Positions 49,536 through 57,949 of a stretch of 64,000 bases of DNA are shown in pieces; position 1 is the stretch's first letter, and every line of letters begins with the position of its first letter. The notes below the pieces were generated by a model. The model saw only the letters and a list, made by a program, of their open reading frames with translations, did no database searches and had not been told where the DNA came from. A program made the translations under genes and the position numbers. Source of the DNA: a virus; IMG/VR virus record IMGVR_UViG_3300025096_000004, positions 64,001 through 128,000 of that record, one strand, 5' to 3'.

Positions 49536-49905
49536 ATATGCCAATGTTAAAGAATCGTGGCAACAAAAGATGTTCGGCGGAGAAGAGGAAATAATTCCAC
49601 CATCCGAACCCGCCCCCGCTTCTAAAGAATCTGAGAGTTGGAAGACTCTCGAAAGACTTGTGAGAGCTACCAACAAAGAATTTCCTGAATTGAATTTGGG
49701 CTTCCCTCTGCTTCGTAAATTTTACAAACTACACCGAGCCCATGGCCGCCAAGATATAGGATGGAGATTGCCAAAGATCACACAAATCATTCCAATGGAA
49801 GGTGGCCGATACGACATAGTATTCGCCGATGGCACCCAAGAAGTGTATCAAGATCGCTTTACTGACAGGGGCCACCGTGGAAGCGCTTTCCGAAGTACTT
49901 ATTAG
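49492..49905 (+). CDS. Leader-tagged putative internal head protein (GTG start)
   Basis: Starts MKLTKEQLAKIIKEE; 137 aa. Confidence 0.75.
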   Translation: MKLTKEQLAKIIKEEYANVKESWQQKMFGGEEEIIPPSEPAPASKESESWKTLERLVRATNKEFPELNLGFPLLRKFYKLHRAHGRQDIGWRLPKITQIIPMEGGRYDIVFADGTQEVYQDRFTDRGHRGSAFRSTY

Positions 49906-49952
49906 ATGAGCTTCGAGGTCATAAAAGAAAAAAATCTTTTTGAAAAAATATG

Positions 49953-49981
49953 TTGCACAAATCGTATAACCATGTTATATT
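49953..49981 (+). promoter_or_regulatory. Sigma-70 promoter with extended -10 (TTGCAC-N17-TATATT)
   Basis: TTGCAC at 49953-49958, TG at 49973-49974, TATATT at 49976-49981. The 17-nt block TGTTATATTATTATTAT is identical to the primase promoter; SD GAGGAGG precedes 50023. Confidence 0.7.
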
Positions 49982-50022
49982 ATTATTATTACTTAAATTG
50001 TCTAATGTATAGAGGAGGATAG

Positions 50023-50448
50023 ATGAAAAGTTTTGTTTTAGCGTTCTTATTGGTTTACTCGCCACCTGCCAACGCAGAAGAGCCGGTGTTCACCCCACTT
50101 AAAAAAGGTCAAAAAGCCCCTTTCGATGGGAGGTTGTTTAATAACGCAGCCGTTTCTAAATTCATTATAGAAGACAGGCTAAAGGTCGAACAGTGTAATG
50201 TTCAAATCGAATATGAAGTTGGAAAAGCAAATGCCGCCTCAAAATATCAATTTGATCTCCATTCAGCAAAGTGTGAAGCTGACGACCACAGACTTCAAGA
50301 TATGATAGCCATTCGAGACGACGAGATAAAGTTTTTGAGAAAGTCATATGAGCCCCCGAAACACCAATGGTGGCTCGCCGGTGGATTTGTGGTTGGAGCA
50401 GCCTCCGCCATCGGCATCATGTATGCTGTTGCTCCGGGACTACGATGA
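50023..50448 (+). CDS. Periplasmic coiled-coil protein with signal peptide and C-terminal TM (possible lysis accessory)
   Basis: Signal-peptide-like MKSFVLAFLLVYSPPANA, a helical core with two Cys, and C-terminal WWLAGGFVVGAASAIGIMYAV. Confidence 0.7.
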   Translation: MKSFVLAFLLVYSPPANAEEPVFTPLKKGQKAPFDGRLFNNAAVSKFIIEDRLKVEQCNVQIEYEVGKANAASKYQFDLHSAKCEADDHRLQDMIAIRDDEIKFLRKSYEPPKHQWWLAGGFVVGAASAIGIMYAVAPGLR

Positions 50449-50822
50449 AGGAAAAAGATCCCAACTATGTTGCAAAGGTGGAACAAGCCATAGCGAAGAA
50501 ATATGGCGAAGAAACAATTCAACACCCAAAGAAAGATTGGACGAATGAAAAAGAAAAGGAATACCTTGAGCAACAAAAACAATTACACTTCAAAGATATT
50601 CAAGAAGAAGATATTGACAAAGTTCAAGTAAATGGAGTTTTTGTTCCCAAAAAACTAATTAAGAAGAACTCTAATCGTTCTTGTCCCGTTTGTAATATAT
50701 ATTCATTCAAGTCAAACGATGATGTGTATATGTCAAAGTTTGAGTGTTGTGAAAAGTGTTATATCCAATGGGTCGAAGGTCGAGAAGAACGTTGGAAAAC
50801 CGGATGGAGACCAAATAACTAA
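50445..50822 (+). CDS. Hypothetical protein with C-terminal CxxC...CCxxC Zn-binding-like motif
   Basis: Start reassigned to the ATG at 50445 (ATGA overlap); CPVC and CCEKC motifs. Confidence 0.75.
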   Translation: MKEKDPNYVAKVEQAIAKKYGEETIQHPKKDWTNEKEKEYLEQQKQLHFKDIQEEDIDKVQVNGVFVPKKLIKKNSNRSCPVCNIYSFKSNDDVYMSKFECCEKCYIQWVEGREERWKTGWRPNN

Positions 50823-51295
50823 TGGCAACAAAAGTAACAGCATCAACTTTAAAAGTATCTGTTAAAGAGGAAATCACTCTTAACGGCAAGAAACATGAAT
50901 ACCGCCATGAGCAGTCCATTGCTGATATCAATATGATTTCACAGCGAATTGTGAGAGTTCCGTACACTGGTACTGAAATAATTTTATCATTTGGAAGTGC
51001 GATTGGTGCCGGCACATATATTGCAGGAGACGTAAAGTATATTCGCGTAACAAATTTAGATGATGCTAATTTTGTTAAATTGGGACTACTTGATTCCGGC
51101 GCTGGTGATCGAGCTTATTTTAAACTTGAAAAGGGCGATACTATGATTTTTCACAATACAAAATTAGAGGCAAAAGCAGATACTAGCGGTGCATGGGTTG
51201 CTTTTGCGGATATTGAATCAATTAACGCGATAGCAGATTCCACCCTCGCCATCCCCGTCGATATAGAAGTTTTCGTTGCATCAAGTCAAAGTTAA
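50822..51295 (+). CDS. Small beta-rich virion protein (possible decoration/jelly-roll fold)
   Basis: YIRVTNLD...FKLEKGDTMIF resembles the pattern in 61114 and 61520. Confidence 0.55.
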   Translation: MATKVTASTLKVSVKEEITLNGKKHEYRHEQSIADINMISQRIVRVPYTGTEIILSFGSAIGAGTYIAGDVKYIRVTNLDDANFVKLGLLDSGAGDRAYFKLEKGDTMIFHNTKLEAKADTSGAWVAFADIESINAIADSTLAIPVDIEVFVASSQS

Positions 51296-51309
51296 GGAGA
51301 AACTAAATA

Positions 51310-51861
51310 ATGGCTAATTCAGAAATGTTAAAAGTAGTACAAGGACTGGCACAAGCCGTCTCCGATATTAAAGCAAACGGTCACGATGAACGTTACGCTT
51401 ATGATGGCGAAGCTCGCACAGTTGGTCTCAAAAGAGAAGAGGGAGACATTATTCTTGATAAAAGAGTTAATGATGGTTTTACTGTTAAATTTGTGGGCCA
51501 TATGCTTTGCATTCACTATCAAGCTGACATTATGTTAAAAGATATTTATGGTGGCAAGTTTGAAAATGAAATGCAACTTATGATCAATCAAGTTAAAAAG
51601 GCAATTCAAAAAGAATATAAAAAGGTTACTGGCGATTCAGTCACTTTAACTGGCGTTGACGAACCATATATTTTGGCTTCTTCAGTATCAAGGGTTCGCT
51701 CCTTTGTCCAAGCTCATCAATATTTTAAAATTTCTGGAATCAAAGAAAACGAGTATACTGGTGGCTCCGAAGATCGAAAAATTGAAGACTCATGGCGAAA
51801 ATTTTTAGACCTTGATAATAAAAATAAGCGACCACCCAACGACACAAGACCAAAATCATGA
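51310..51861 (+). CDS. Hypothetical protein upstream of terminase
   Basis: 183-aa ORF with SD AAGGAG. Confidence 0.8.
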   Translation: MANSEMLKVVQGLAQAVSDIKANGHDERYAYDGEARTVGLKREEGDIILDKRVNDGFTVKFVGHMLCIHYQADIMLKDIYGGKFENEMQLMINQVKKAIQKEYKKVTGDSVTLTGVDEPYILASSVSRVRSFVQAHQYFKISGIKENEYTGGSEDRKIEDSWRKFLDLDNKNKRPPNDTRPKS

Positions 51862-51870
51862 TGAGAGATT

Positions 51871-53454
51871 ATGGCCTATCAACCTTCAAAACAAGAAATT
51901 GTAAAAGAGATTCTTAAATCAGGCAAAGATCCTGTTTATTTTATTAATAATTATTGTCGCATCTCGCACCCTATGAGGGGCTTGATCTCTTTTAAGACAT
52001 ATCCTTATCAAGATGATTTGCTTAATGATTTTAATGATTACCGCTTCAGCATTATTTTAAAAGCCCGCCAGCTAGGAATTTCAACCATTACTGCTGCTTA
52101 TTGCGTTTGGATGATGCTGTTTCATAGAGATAAGAATGTTCTTGTAATGGCAACCAAATTCGGAACAGCATCAAACTTGGTTAAAAAAGTTAAGGCGATG
52201 ATGAAGAACCTTCCTCCTTGGATTCGCATTTCCAACATTAAGGTGGATAATCGATCTTCATTCGAGCTTCACAATGGGTCTCAAATTAAAGCAACATCAA
52301 CATCCGGTGATGCGGGTCGTTCCGAAGCGCTCTCTCTGTTAGTGATTGATGAGGCTGCCCATGTGGACGGGCTAGATGAATTATGGACTGGTCTTTATCC
52401 TACACTATCAACAGGCGGCAGGTGTATTGCCCTATCAACACCCAATGGGGTCGGTAATTGGTTCCACAAGACTTATGTCGACGCTGATAATATGGAAAAC
52501 GATTTTCATCCAATCAACTTGGCGTGGGACGTACATCCTGAACGCGATAGGGTTTGGTTTGAAAAAGAGACAAAAAATATGTCTCGGAGACAAATTGCTC
52601 AAGAGTTGGAGTGTAACTTTAACACATCAGGAGATACAGTGATCCATCCCGATGATTTAGCTAGATTGAACGCCGCAACTAAAGAGCCAAATTATAGAGT
52701 CGGCCACGACAGAAATTTTTGGCTTTGGGAGAAGTTCGCCGAAAACTTTACTTATCTTATGGTCGCCGACGTAGCCCGAGGTGATGGTTCAGACTCTTCA
52801 ACCTTTCATATCTTGAAGCTAGAAACAATGGAGGTGGTGGCTGAATATCAAGGAAAACCCAGTCTTGATCTATATTCAAATATATTGTTTCAAGCTGGTC
52901 ATGAATATGGAAAGTGTTTGCTAGTGGTTGAAAACAATGGAATAGGCATTTCAATTCTCGAGAAGCTTATAGATTTAGGATATCCAAATTTATATTATTC
53001 CATAAAAGGGACTCACGAGTTTGTTGATTCGATACAGGGCGAAGTAAACAATAGAGCCCTTCCGGGGTTCACAACCTCAACCAAGACCCGCCCATTGATT
53101 GTGGCAAAATTAGAAGAGTTCATAAGGAATGGACTAATTACTTTATATTCTAGTAGGTTGTTTCATGAACTTAAGACATTTATTTGGCATAACGGTAAAC
53201 CACAAGCGATGCGTTCCTATCATGATGATTTGGTGATGTCATTGGCGATAGCTTGTTGGGTTAGGGATACAGCCCTACAGACAAGCCAAAAAGATGTTCA
53301 ATACAAAAAAGCAATGCTTGACGGTATGTTCATGAAAACTACACAAATGAGTACCACAATTGAAGGAATGGAAGGGCATAAAAAATCTTTTGATGAGAAA
53401 TACGAAGAACAACAGAAGCAAGCAACTGATTTTGCTTGGATTTTTAAAGGATAA
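51871..53454 (+). CDS. terL: Terminase large subunit (T4 gp17-like)
   Basis: Walker A KARQLGIS, Walker B LVIDEAA, coupling motif STPNG, QELEC.F, and nuclease motifs ADVARG..D, VENN and HDDLVM. Confidence 0.96.
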   Translation: MAYQPSKQEIVKEILKSGKDPVYFINNYCRISHPMRGLISFKTYPYQDDLLNDFNDYRFSIILKARQLGISTITAAYCVWMMLFHRDKNVLVMATKFGTASNLVKKVKAMMKNLPPWIRISNIKVDNRSSFELHNGSQIKATSTSGDAGRSEALSLLVIDEAAHVDGLDELWTGLYPTLSTGGRCIALSTPNGVGNWFHKTYVDADNMENDFHPINLAWDVHPERDRVWFEKETKNMSRRQIAQELECNFNTSGDTVIHPDDLARLNAATKEPNYRVGHDRNFWLWEKFAENFTYLMVADVARGDGSDSSTFHILKLETMEVVAEYQGKPSLDLYSNILFQAGHEYGKCLLVVENNGIGISILEKLIDLGYPNLYYSIKGTHEFVDSIQGEVNNRALPGFTTSTKTRPLIVAKLEEFIRNGLITLYSSRLFHELKTFIWHNGKPQAMRSYHDDLVMSLAIACWVRDTALQTSQKDVQYKKAMLDGMFMKTTQMSTTIEGMEGHKKSFDEKYEEQQKQATDFAWIFKG

Positions 53455-53458
53455 ATAA

Positions 53459-55411
53459 ATGGCGAAAAATAACAAAAACCCATATAATAATGAATCAGAT
53501 TTATTCAGATCACTGACTAGATTGTTTTCTGGGCCCATCTTGAACAGAAGAACCCAAACTGGCCGACAGTTGCGTCGGAGACATTTGGATGTCTATTCTA
53601 AATGGTTTAAGTCTGCTTCAGGAAGACAGTTCAAGAAAGCAGAATACAACCCAATGAATATAACTTCTGCCAACATGATTTCAAATCGAAATAGATCAGA
53701 ACGATATGTTGACTTTGACCAAATGGAGTATATGCCAGAGATTGCATCGTCATTGGATATTTACGCAGATGAGATGACAACTCATTCTGATTTGCAACCA
53801 ATGCTCAAGATTAAATGCCCAAACGAAGAAATTAAATCAATTCTTCAGGCTCTTTATCATAATGTGCTTAACGTTGAATATAATTTATTTGGTTGGTCTC
53901 GTACAATGTGTAAATATGGAGATTTGTTTTTATATATGGAACTCGATGAATCTCTTGGAGTCAAGAATGTTATCGGACTCCCACAACAAGAAGTCGAGCG
54001 CTTAGAGGGCGAGGATATGTCAAATCCGAACTATGTCCAATTCCAATGGAACTCCGGCGGCCTTACTCTTGAAAACTGGCAAGTAGCTCATTTTCGAGTT
54101 TTGGGACATGATAAACATGCTCCATATGGAACATCAGTTCTTGAAGGCGCCCGCCGAATCTGGCGACAATTAACTCTTTTAGAAGATGCAATGATGGCTT
54201 ATCGTATTGTACGCTCTCCAGAGCGCCGTGTGTTTTATATTGACGTTGGTGCCATTGCTCCTCAAGATGTTGAACAATATATGCAAAAGGTTATGACCCA
54301 AATGAAGCGTCATCAGGTTGTTGATCCAACAACCGGCAAGATTGATCTTCGCTATAACCCGCTTTCAATTGAGGAAGATTACTATATTCCGGTTCGTGGC
54401 ACTTCAAATACCAAGATTGAAAACCTCCAAGGTGGCCAATTCACTGGAACTGTCGAGGATGTAAAATATTTAAGAGATAAATTATTTGCTGCTCTCAAAG
54501 TGCCCCAATCTTACTTGACTATGGGCGAAGGCGCCACCGAAGACAAGACCACCCTTGCTCAAAAGGACGTTCGCTTTGCCAGAACCATCCAACGCCTCCA
54601 GCGCGTTGTGACCTCGGAGCTTGAAAAGATAGGAATTATTCACTTATATACTCTTGGGTTCCGAGGTGATGATCTTTTATCATTTAAGCTTGGATTGAAC
54701 AACCCTTCTAAAATTGCAGAACTTCAGGAACTTGAACATTGGAAACAGAAATTTGATGCCGCCGGAGCCGCGACCGAAGGGTTCTTTTCAAAGCGCTGGA
54801 TTGCCGAAAATATGCTTGGCATTTCTGAAGATGAATTTCTTAGAAACCAAAGGGAGATGTTCTTTGATAAGAAGTTTATGGCAAGCCTTGAAGCTTCCGC
54901 CGAAGGTGCCGCCGCAGAAGGCGGTGAAGGTGGAGGATTGGGCGAACTCGGCGATCTGGGGGGTGAAGGTGGAGAAGAAGGAGACCTCGGCGACCTCGGC
55001 GATTTGGGCGATGAAGGGGAAGAGGCTGGTGGAGAAGAAGCCACAGCCGCCGATGAAAAGGAATCGCCCTTGCTGGCTGAACCGCCGGGAAAAAGAGACG
55101 ATAGTCAATATGGCATCCGCAACAAAGGGGGAACCTCAAAGAGAATTAAGAGCGAAGCAGGTATAACCAGAGACGCCATCAGGGCCACTCCAAGAACAAT
55201 TAATCCGGGCTGGAAGGGAGACCATGGTATGAATCCCCTTGCCAATATGTCGAAAAGTTATGTCACTTCCGGACCAATGGGAATTATGTTTGAGCAAAAA
55301 ACTGTTGACAATGATTTGTTGGAAGAACAAAAACTATTTAGTGTAAATAATGAAATAGAACACCTTTTAAAAAGTCTAAAGGAGAAGAAAAAATATGAAG
55401 ATGAAACATAA
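53459..55411 (+). CDS. gp20: Portal vertex protein (T4 gp20-like) with long acidic Gly-rich C-terminal tail
   Basis: PEIASSLDIYADE, LEDAMMAYRIVRSPERRVFYIDVG, EDYYIP.RG and DVKYLRDKLFAALKVP. Confidence 0.96.
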   Translation: MAKNNKNPYNNESDLFRSLTRLFSGPILNRRTQTGRQLRRRHLDVYSKWFKSASGRQFKKAEYNPMNITSANMISNRNRSERYVDFDQMEYMPEIASSLDIYADEMTTHSDLQPMLKIKCPNEEIKSILQALYHNVLNVEYNLFGWSRTMCKYGDLFLYMELDESLGVKNVIGLPQQEVERLEGEDMSNPNYVQFQWNSGGLTLENWQVAHFRVLGHDKHAPYGTSVLEGARRIWRQLTLLEDAMMAYRIVRSPERRVFYIDVGAIAPQDVEQYMQKVMTQMKRHQVVDPTTGKIDLRYNPLSIEEDYYIPVRGTSNTKIENLQGGQFTGTVEDVKYLRDKLFAALKVPQSYLTMGEGATEDKTTLAQKDVRFARTIQRLQRVVTSELEKIGIIHLYTLGFRGDDLLSFKLGLNNPSKIAELQELEHWKQKFDAAGAATEGFFSKRWIAENMLGISEDEFLRNQREMFFDKKFMASLEASAEGAAAEGGEGGGLGELGDLGGEGGEEGDLGDLGDLGDEGEEAGGEEATAADEKESPLLAEPPGKRDDSQYGIRNKGGTSKRIKSEAGITRDAIRATPRTINPGWKGDHGMNPLANMSKSYVTSGPMGIMFEQKTVDNDLLEEQKLFSVNNEIEHLLKSLKEKKKYEDET

Positions 55412-56210
55412 TAAGAAAAGAAATACCGCTTTTCTTTACGAGTCTTTGGTTAAAGAGTTAACAAAAGCAATAGTCAGAAAACAACATGTTAGAAAAAAAC
55501 AAGTTGTTGAGATTATAAAAAAATATTTTAATAATAACTCTGTGCTTAAAGAGGAATTAGATATTTATAATTCTTTAATTGCAACCGGCTCTTTAAATAA
55601 AGAATATAGTTTGCGACTTATGCATGAAAGTAAAAAGGACTATGATTTGCTTGACAAAAAGAAAATCTTTAACATGCAAACAAGCTTGATTAAAGAGATT
55701 AATGAATCACTATCCAATCAAGTATTCGCAAACTTTATTTCAAACTATCGTCAACTTGCTAATATTGGACAATTTTTTGATTCTAACAATTTGAATGCAA
55801 AACAAAGAATTTTGGTTGAATCAAAGGTTGTTGGAATGTTGATAAATAAGAAGAAAGAGACCAAAGATATGAAGCATATTGATAATTTAACTTACAACAC
55901 TTTTGTGAATAAATTTAACAGAACCTATGAGTCATCGCTGAGAAAAGAGCAGAAAGATTTGTTAACAAATTACATTACGTCTTTTTCTGACAACGGCCTT
56001 GGGCTGAAGTCTTTTCTTAATGAGGAGATTGGACGTCTAAAGGTGGTTCTGAATGCTGCTGCCTCTAAATCAAATATTGATCGGCAACTTGCCGAGAACA
56101 CAAAAAAAGTTATAATAAAATTGGAATCATTTTCTAAAAAGCAAATAACTGAACAACTGGTTAGAGATATATTTTATATTCAAGACCTAGCTTATGAGGT
56201 GAATAAGTAA
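55395..56210 (+). CDS. Hypothetical helical head-cluster protein
   Basis: 271-aa ORF directly after the portal (KHNKKRNTAFLYESL). Confidence 0.8.
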   Translation: MKMKHNKKRNTAFLYESLVKELTKAIVRKQHVRKKQVVEIIKKYFNNNSVLKEELDIYNSLIATGSLNKEYSLRLMHESKKDYDLLDKKKIFNMQTSLIKEINESLSNQVFANFISNYRQLANIGQFFDSNNLNAKQRILVESKVVGMLINKKKETKDMKHIDNLTYNTFVNKFNRTYESSLRKEQKDLLTNYITSFSDNGLGLKSFLNEEIGRLKVVLNAAASKSNIDRQLAENTKKVIIKLESFSKKQITEQLVRDIFYIQDLAYEVNK

Positions 56211-56812
56211 TGACCATCAATGTTAAAATTACCAATGATCAGCCCGAAGAGGATTCCAATAAGGTGAACGTCAAGATCAAAAAATCTGATGAAATACAGG
56301 TTGAGATCGTAAAAGAAGACCCTCCAATATCGTTTAAGTTAAATGCTCGCAAAGCAATGAATGGAGATATTATGATTTTTGATCATGCTGATATCGACAT
56401 CATCATTTTAACAGAAAAGAAAAAAGTTGTCGCCTTTGCAAAAGAAATCATGAGCGATATTGTTTATGGTGCTGAATCGAGATTATTTGAATATTTGCGC
56501 AAACGAGGTATCGTTGCTTTTGACTCAATACAGGGCGGCAATGTTTATGGATCCCTTGAGGCGAAAATACATGAATCAACAGAGTTCGACCCAATTAAGA
56601 TGACATTACTTAATGTATCTAAATGGATGGATGACGAACGCCCCTATTTTGAATCATTAAAGGCTCATGATGAAATGATGGACGATGCAATTTTGGAACC
56701 AGATGTGGAAAATTCAACAGAACTTGGCGAAGTTCCCCATGAAGAAGAGAAGGGTTCGATTTTGCAGCATAATTTGTTTGCACCATACTTGTACGGGAGA
56801 TACACATACTAA
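56210..56812 (+). CDS. Hypothetical head-cluster protein
   Basis: 200-aa acidic ORF with TAATG coupling on both sides. Confidence 0.8.
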   Translation: MTINVKITNDQPEEDSNKVNVKIKKSDEIQVEIVKEDPPISFKLNARKAMNGDIMIFDHADIDIIILTEKKKVVAFAKEIMSDIVYGAESRLFEYLRKRGIVAFDSIQGGNVYGSLEAKIHESTEFDPIKMTLLNVSKWMDDERPYFESLKAHDEMMDDAILEPDVENSTELGEVPHEEEKGSILQHNLFAPYLYGRYTY

Positions 56813-57156
56813 TGAAAATAACACAAAAACAACTTAGAAAGATTATAAAAGAGGAAGTTGAAGAGACCATGAAAGAATATGGTTCTGATAAAAGAAGTAT
56901 TCCAAAGCAAGCTTGGTTAAAAGCCATTTCTGATGCCAACATGACGGATCAAAACCACCGCCCAATAGGCGAACAGACGTTAAATAATTATGGATATTAT
57001 TATCAGCCAAATCGCGACATTGGAGACTCTCGGTGGACCGGCGCCTTTTATAAACCTTACGATGCAATGGCGGATAGCGGAGGTATTTATGCTGAAAATT
57101 GGGCCGACAAGGCCATTAAAGCAGCAATGGAAATGTCTGGCGATGTTGTCGAATAA
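56812..57156 (+). CDS. Leader-tagged putative internal head protein
   Basis: Starts MKITQKQLRKIIKEE. Confidence 0.75.
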   Translation: MKITQKQLRKIIKEEVEETMKEYGSDKRSIPKQAWLKAISDANMTDQNHRPIGEQTLNNYGYYYQPNRDIGDSRWTGAFYKPYDAMADSGGIYAENWADKAIKAAMEMSGDVVE

Positions 57157-57172
57157 ACAATAAGAGGTACTA

Positions 57173-57490
57173 ATGGAATTAATTTGGTTTATGTTAGCCG
57201 CTTTTGGCTTAACACAAATTCTTGTATACGGGAAGATTTTTGATAACTATAGGCCAGCCAAAGAACAATACAAAGGATGGGGAGAAGTATTTCATTGTCC
57301 AATGTGTATGGGCTTTTGGACTGGTGTATTTTTATTTTTCATAAATGGTTTCACAGAACTATTTACATTTGATTATAATTTAATTAATATGTTGATATGT
57401 GGATGCACGTCCTCGGGCACGTCTTATATACTTAATATGTTATTTGGAGATTATGGTCTTAATCTAAACATTGGAGATAAAGATGAATAA
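57173..57490 (+). CDS. Small membrane protein with CxxC (DUF1360-like)
   Basis: Three hydrophobic segments and the motif FHCPMCMGFW. Confidence 0.6.
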   Translation: MELIWFMLAAFGLTQILVYGKIFDNYRPAKEQYKGWGEVFHCPMCMGFWTGVFLFFINGFTELFTFDYNLINMLICGCTSSGTSYILNMLFGDYGLNLNIGDKDE

Positions 57491-57548
57491 AGTATGGACA
57501 CAAAAGTGGATGCTTCAACCAGTAAGGCATTGTTGTAAGGGTAGCTGA
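57483..57548 (+). CDS. 21-aa small ORF MNKVWTQKWMLQPVRHCCKGS (not in the ORF track)
   Basis: ATG overlaps the end of the upstream gene with GGAG upstream; TGA lies 3 nt before a terminator-like hairpin. Confidence 0.45.
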   Translation: MNKVWTQKWMLQPVRHCCKGS

Positions 57549-57551
57549 CTC

Positions 57552-57580
57552 AAGCGGGTAGCGCCCGCTTTTTATTTTTA
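57552..57580 (+). terminator. Intrinsic terminator-like hairpin
   Basis: AAGCGGG-TAGCG-CCCGCTT 7-bp stem (57552-57570) followed by TTTATTTTT. Confidence 0.75.
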
Positions 57581-57592
57581 AGGAATTAACAG

Positions 57593-57949
57593 ATGAAATT
57601 GACAAAAGCCAGACTTAAACAGATAATTTTAGAAGAAATTAACGAAATGCGTGTCACGGATATTGCCGGCGATGATGAGGATCGTGCAATTGATGCACAC
57701 CGCCGCGCCAAGAGAGCCCGTGGCGAATATCCCCGCCGACCAACTGGTGGATATGAAGATACTCGATGCCCTGCCGAAATTGAACAAGCTCGCAAGGAAG
57801 GAATGGTCGAGGCCACAAGAAATATTTTAGAAATGTTCCCCGGCGGCGGCCTTATGGTAGATCAAAATACATATAATGCTATTCAAGAAATGGCCCCTGA
57901 ACTGCTTGACAGAATATCGGTCACCCGATCACGACGAAGAGAACAATAA
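57593..57949 (+). CDS. Leader-tagged putative internal head protein
   Basis: Starts MKLTKARLKQIILEE. Confidence 0.75.
   Translation: MKLTKARLKQIILEEINEMRVTDIAGDDEDRAIDAHRRAKRARGEYPRRPTGGYEDTRCPAEIEQARKEGMVEATRNILEMFPGGGLMVDQNTYNAIQEMAPELLDRISVTRSRRREQ

Noticed and set aside
49906-50022. 38-aa ORF MSFEVIKEKNLFEKICCTNRITMLYYYYYLNCLMYRGG that exactly fills the gap, including a (TAT)n run
   Set aside because: It has no SD. The Tyr run is explained by the AT-rich promoter block duplicated from the primase promoter, and the ORF overlaps that promoter and the next SD. Probably chance, though not excluded.
50367-50444. Upstream extension of the 50367..50822 ORF
   Set aside because: It overlaps the TM-coding end of 50023..50448. 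The ATG at 50445 gives the usual ATGA coupling.
57546-57581. Selenocysteine read-through of TGA with the hairpin acting as a SECIS
   Set aside because: The hairpin has a U-tract and terminator geometry, read-through adds only 10 unremarkable residues, and no sel genes are present in the window.
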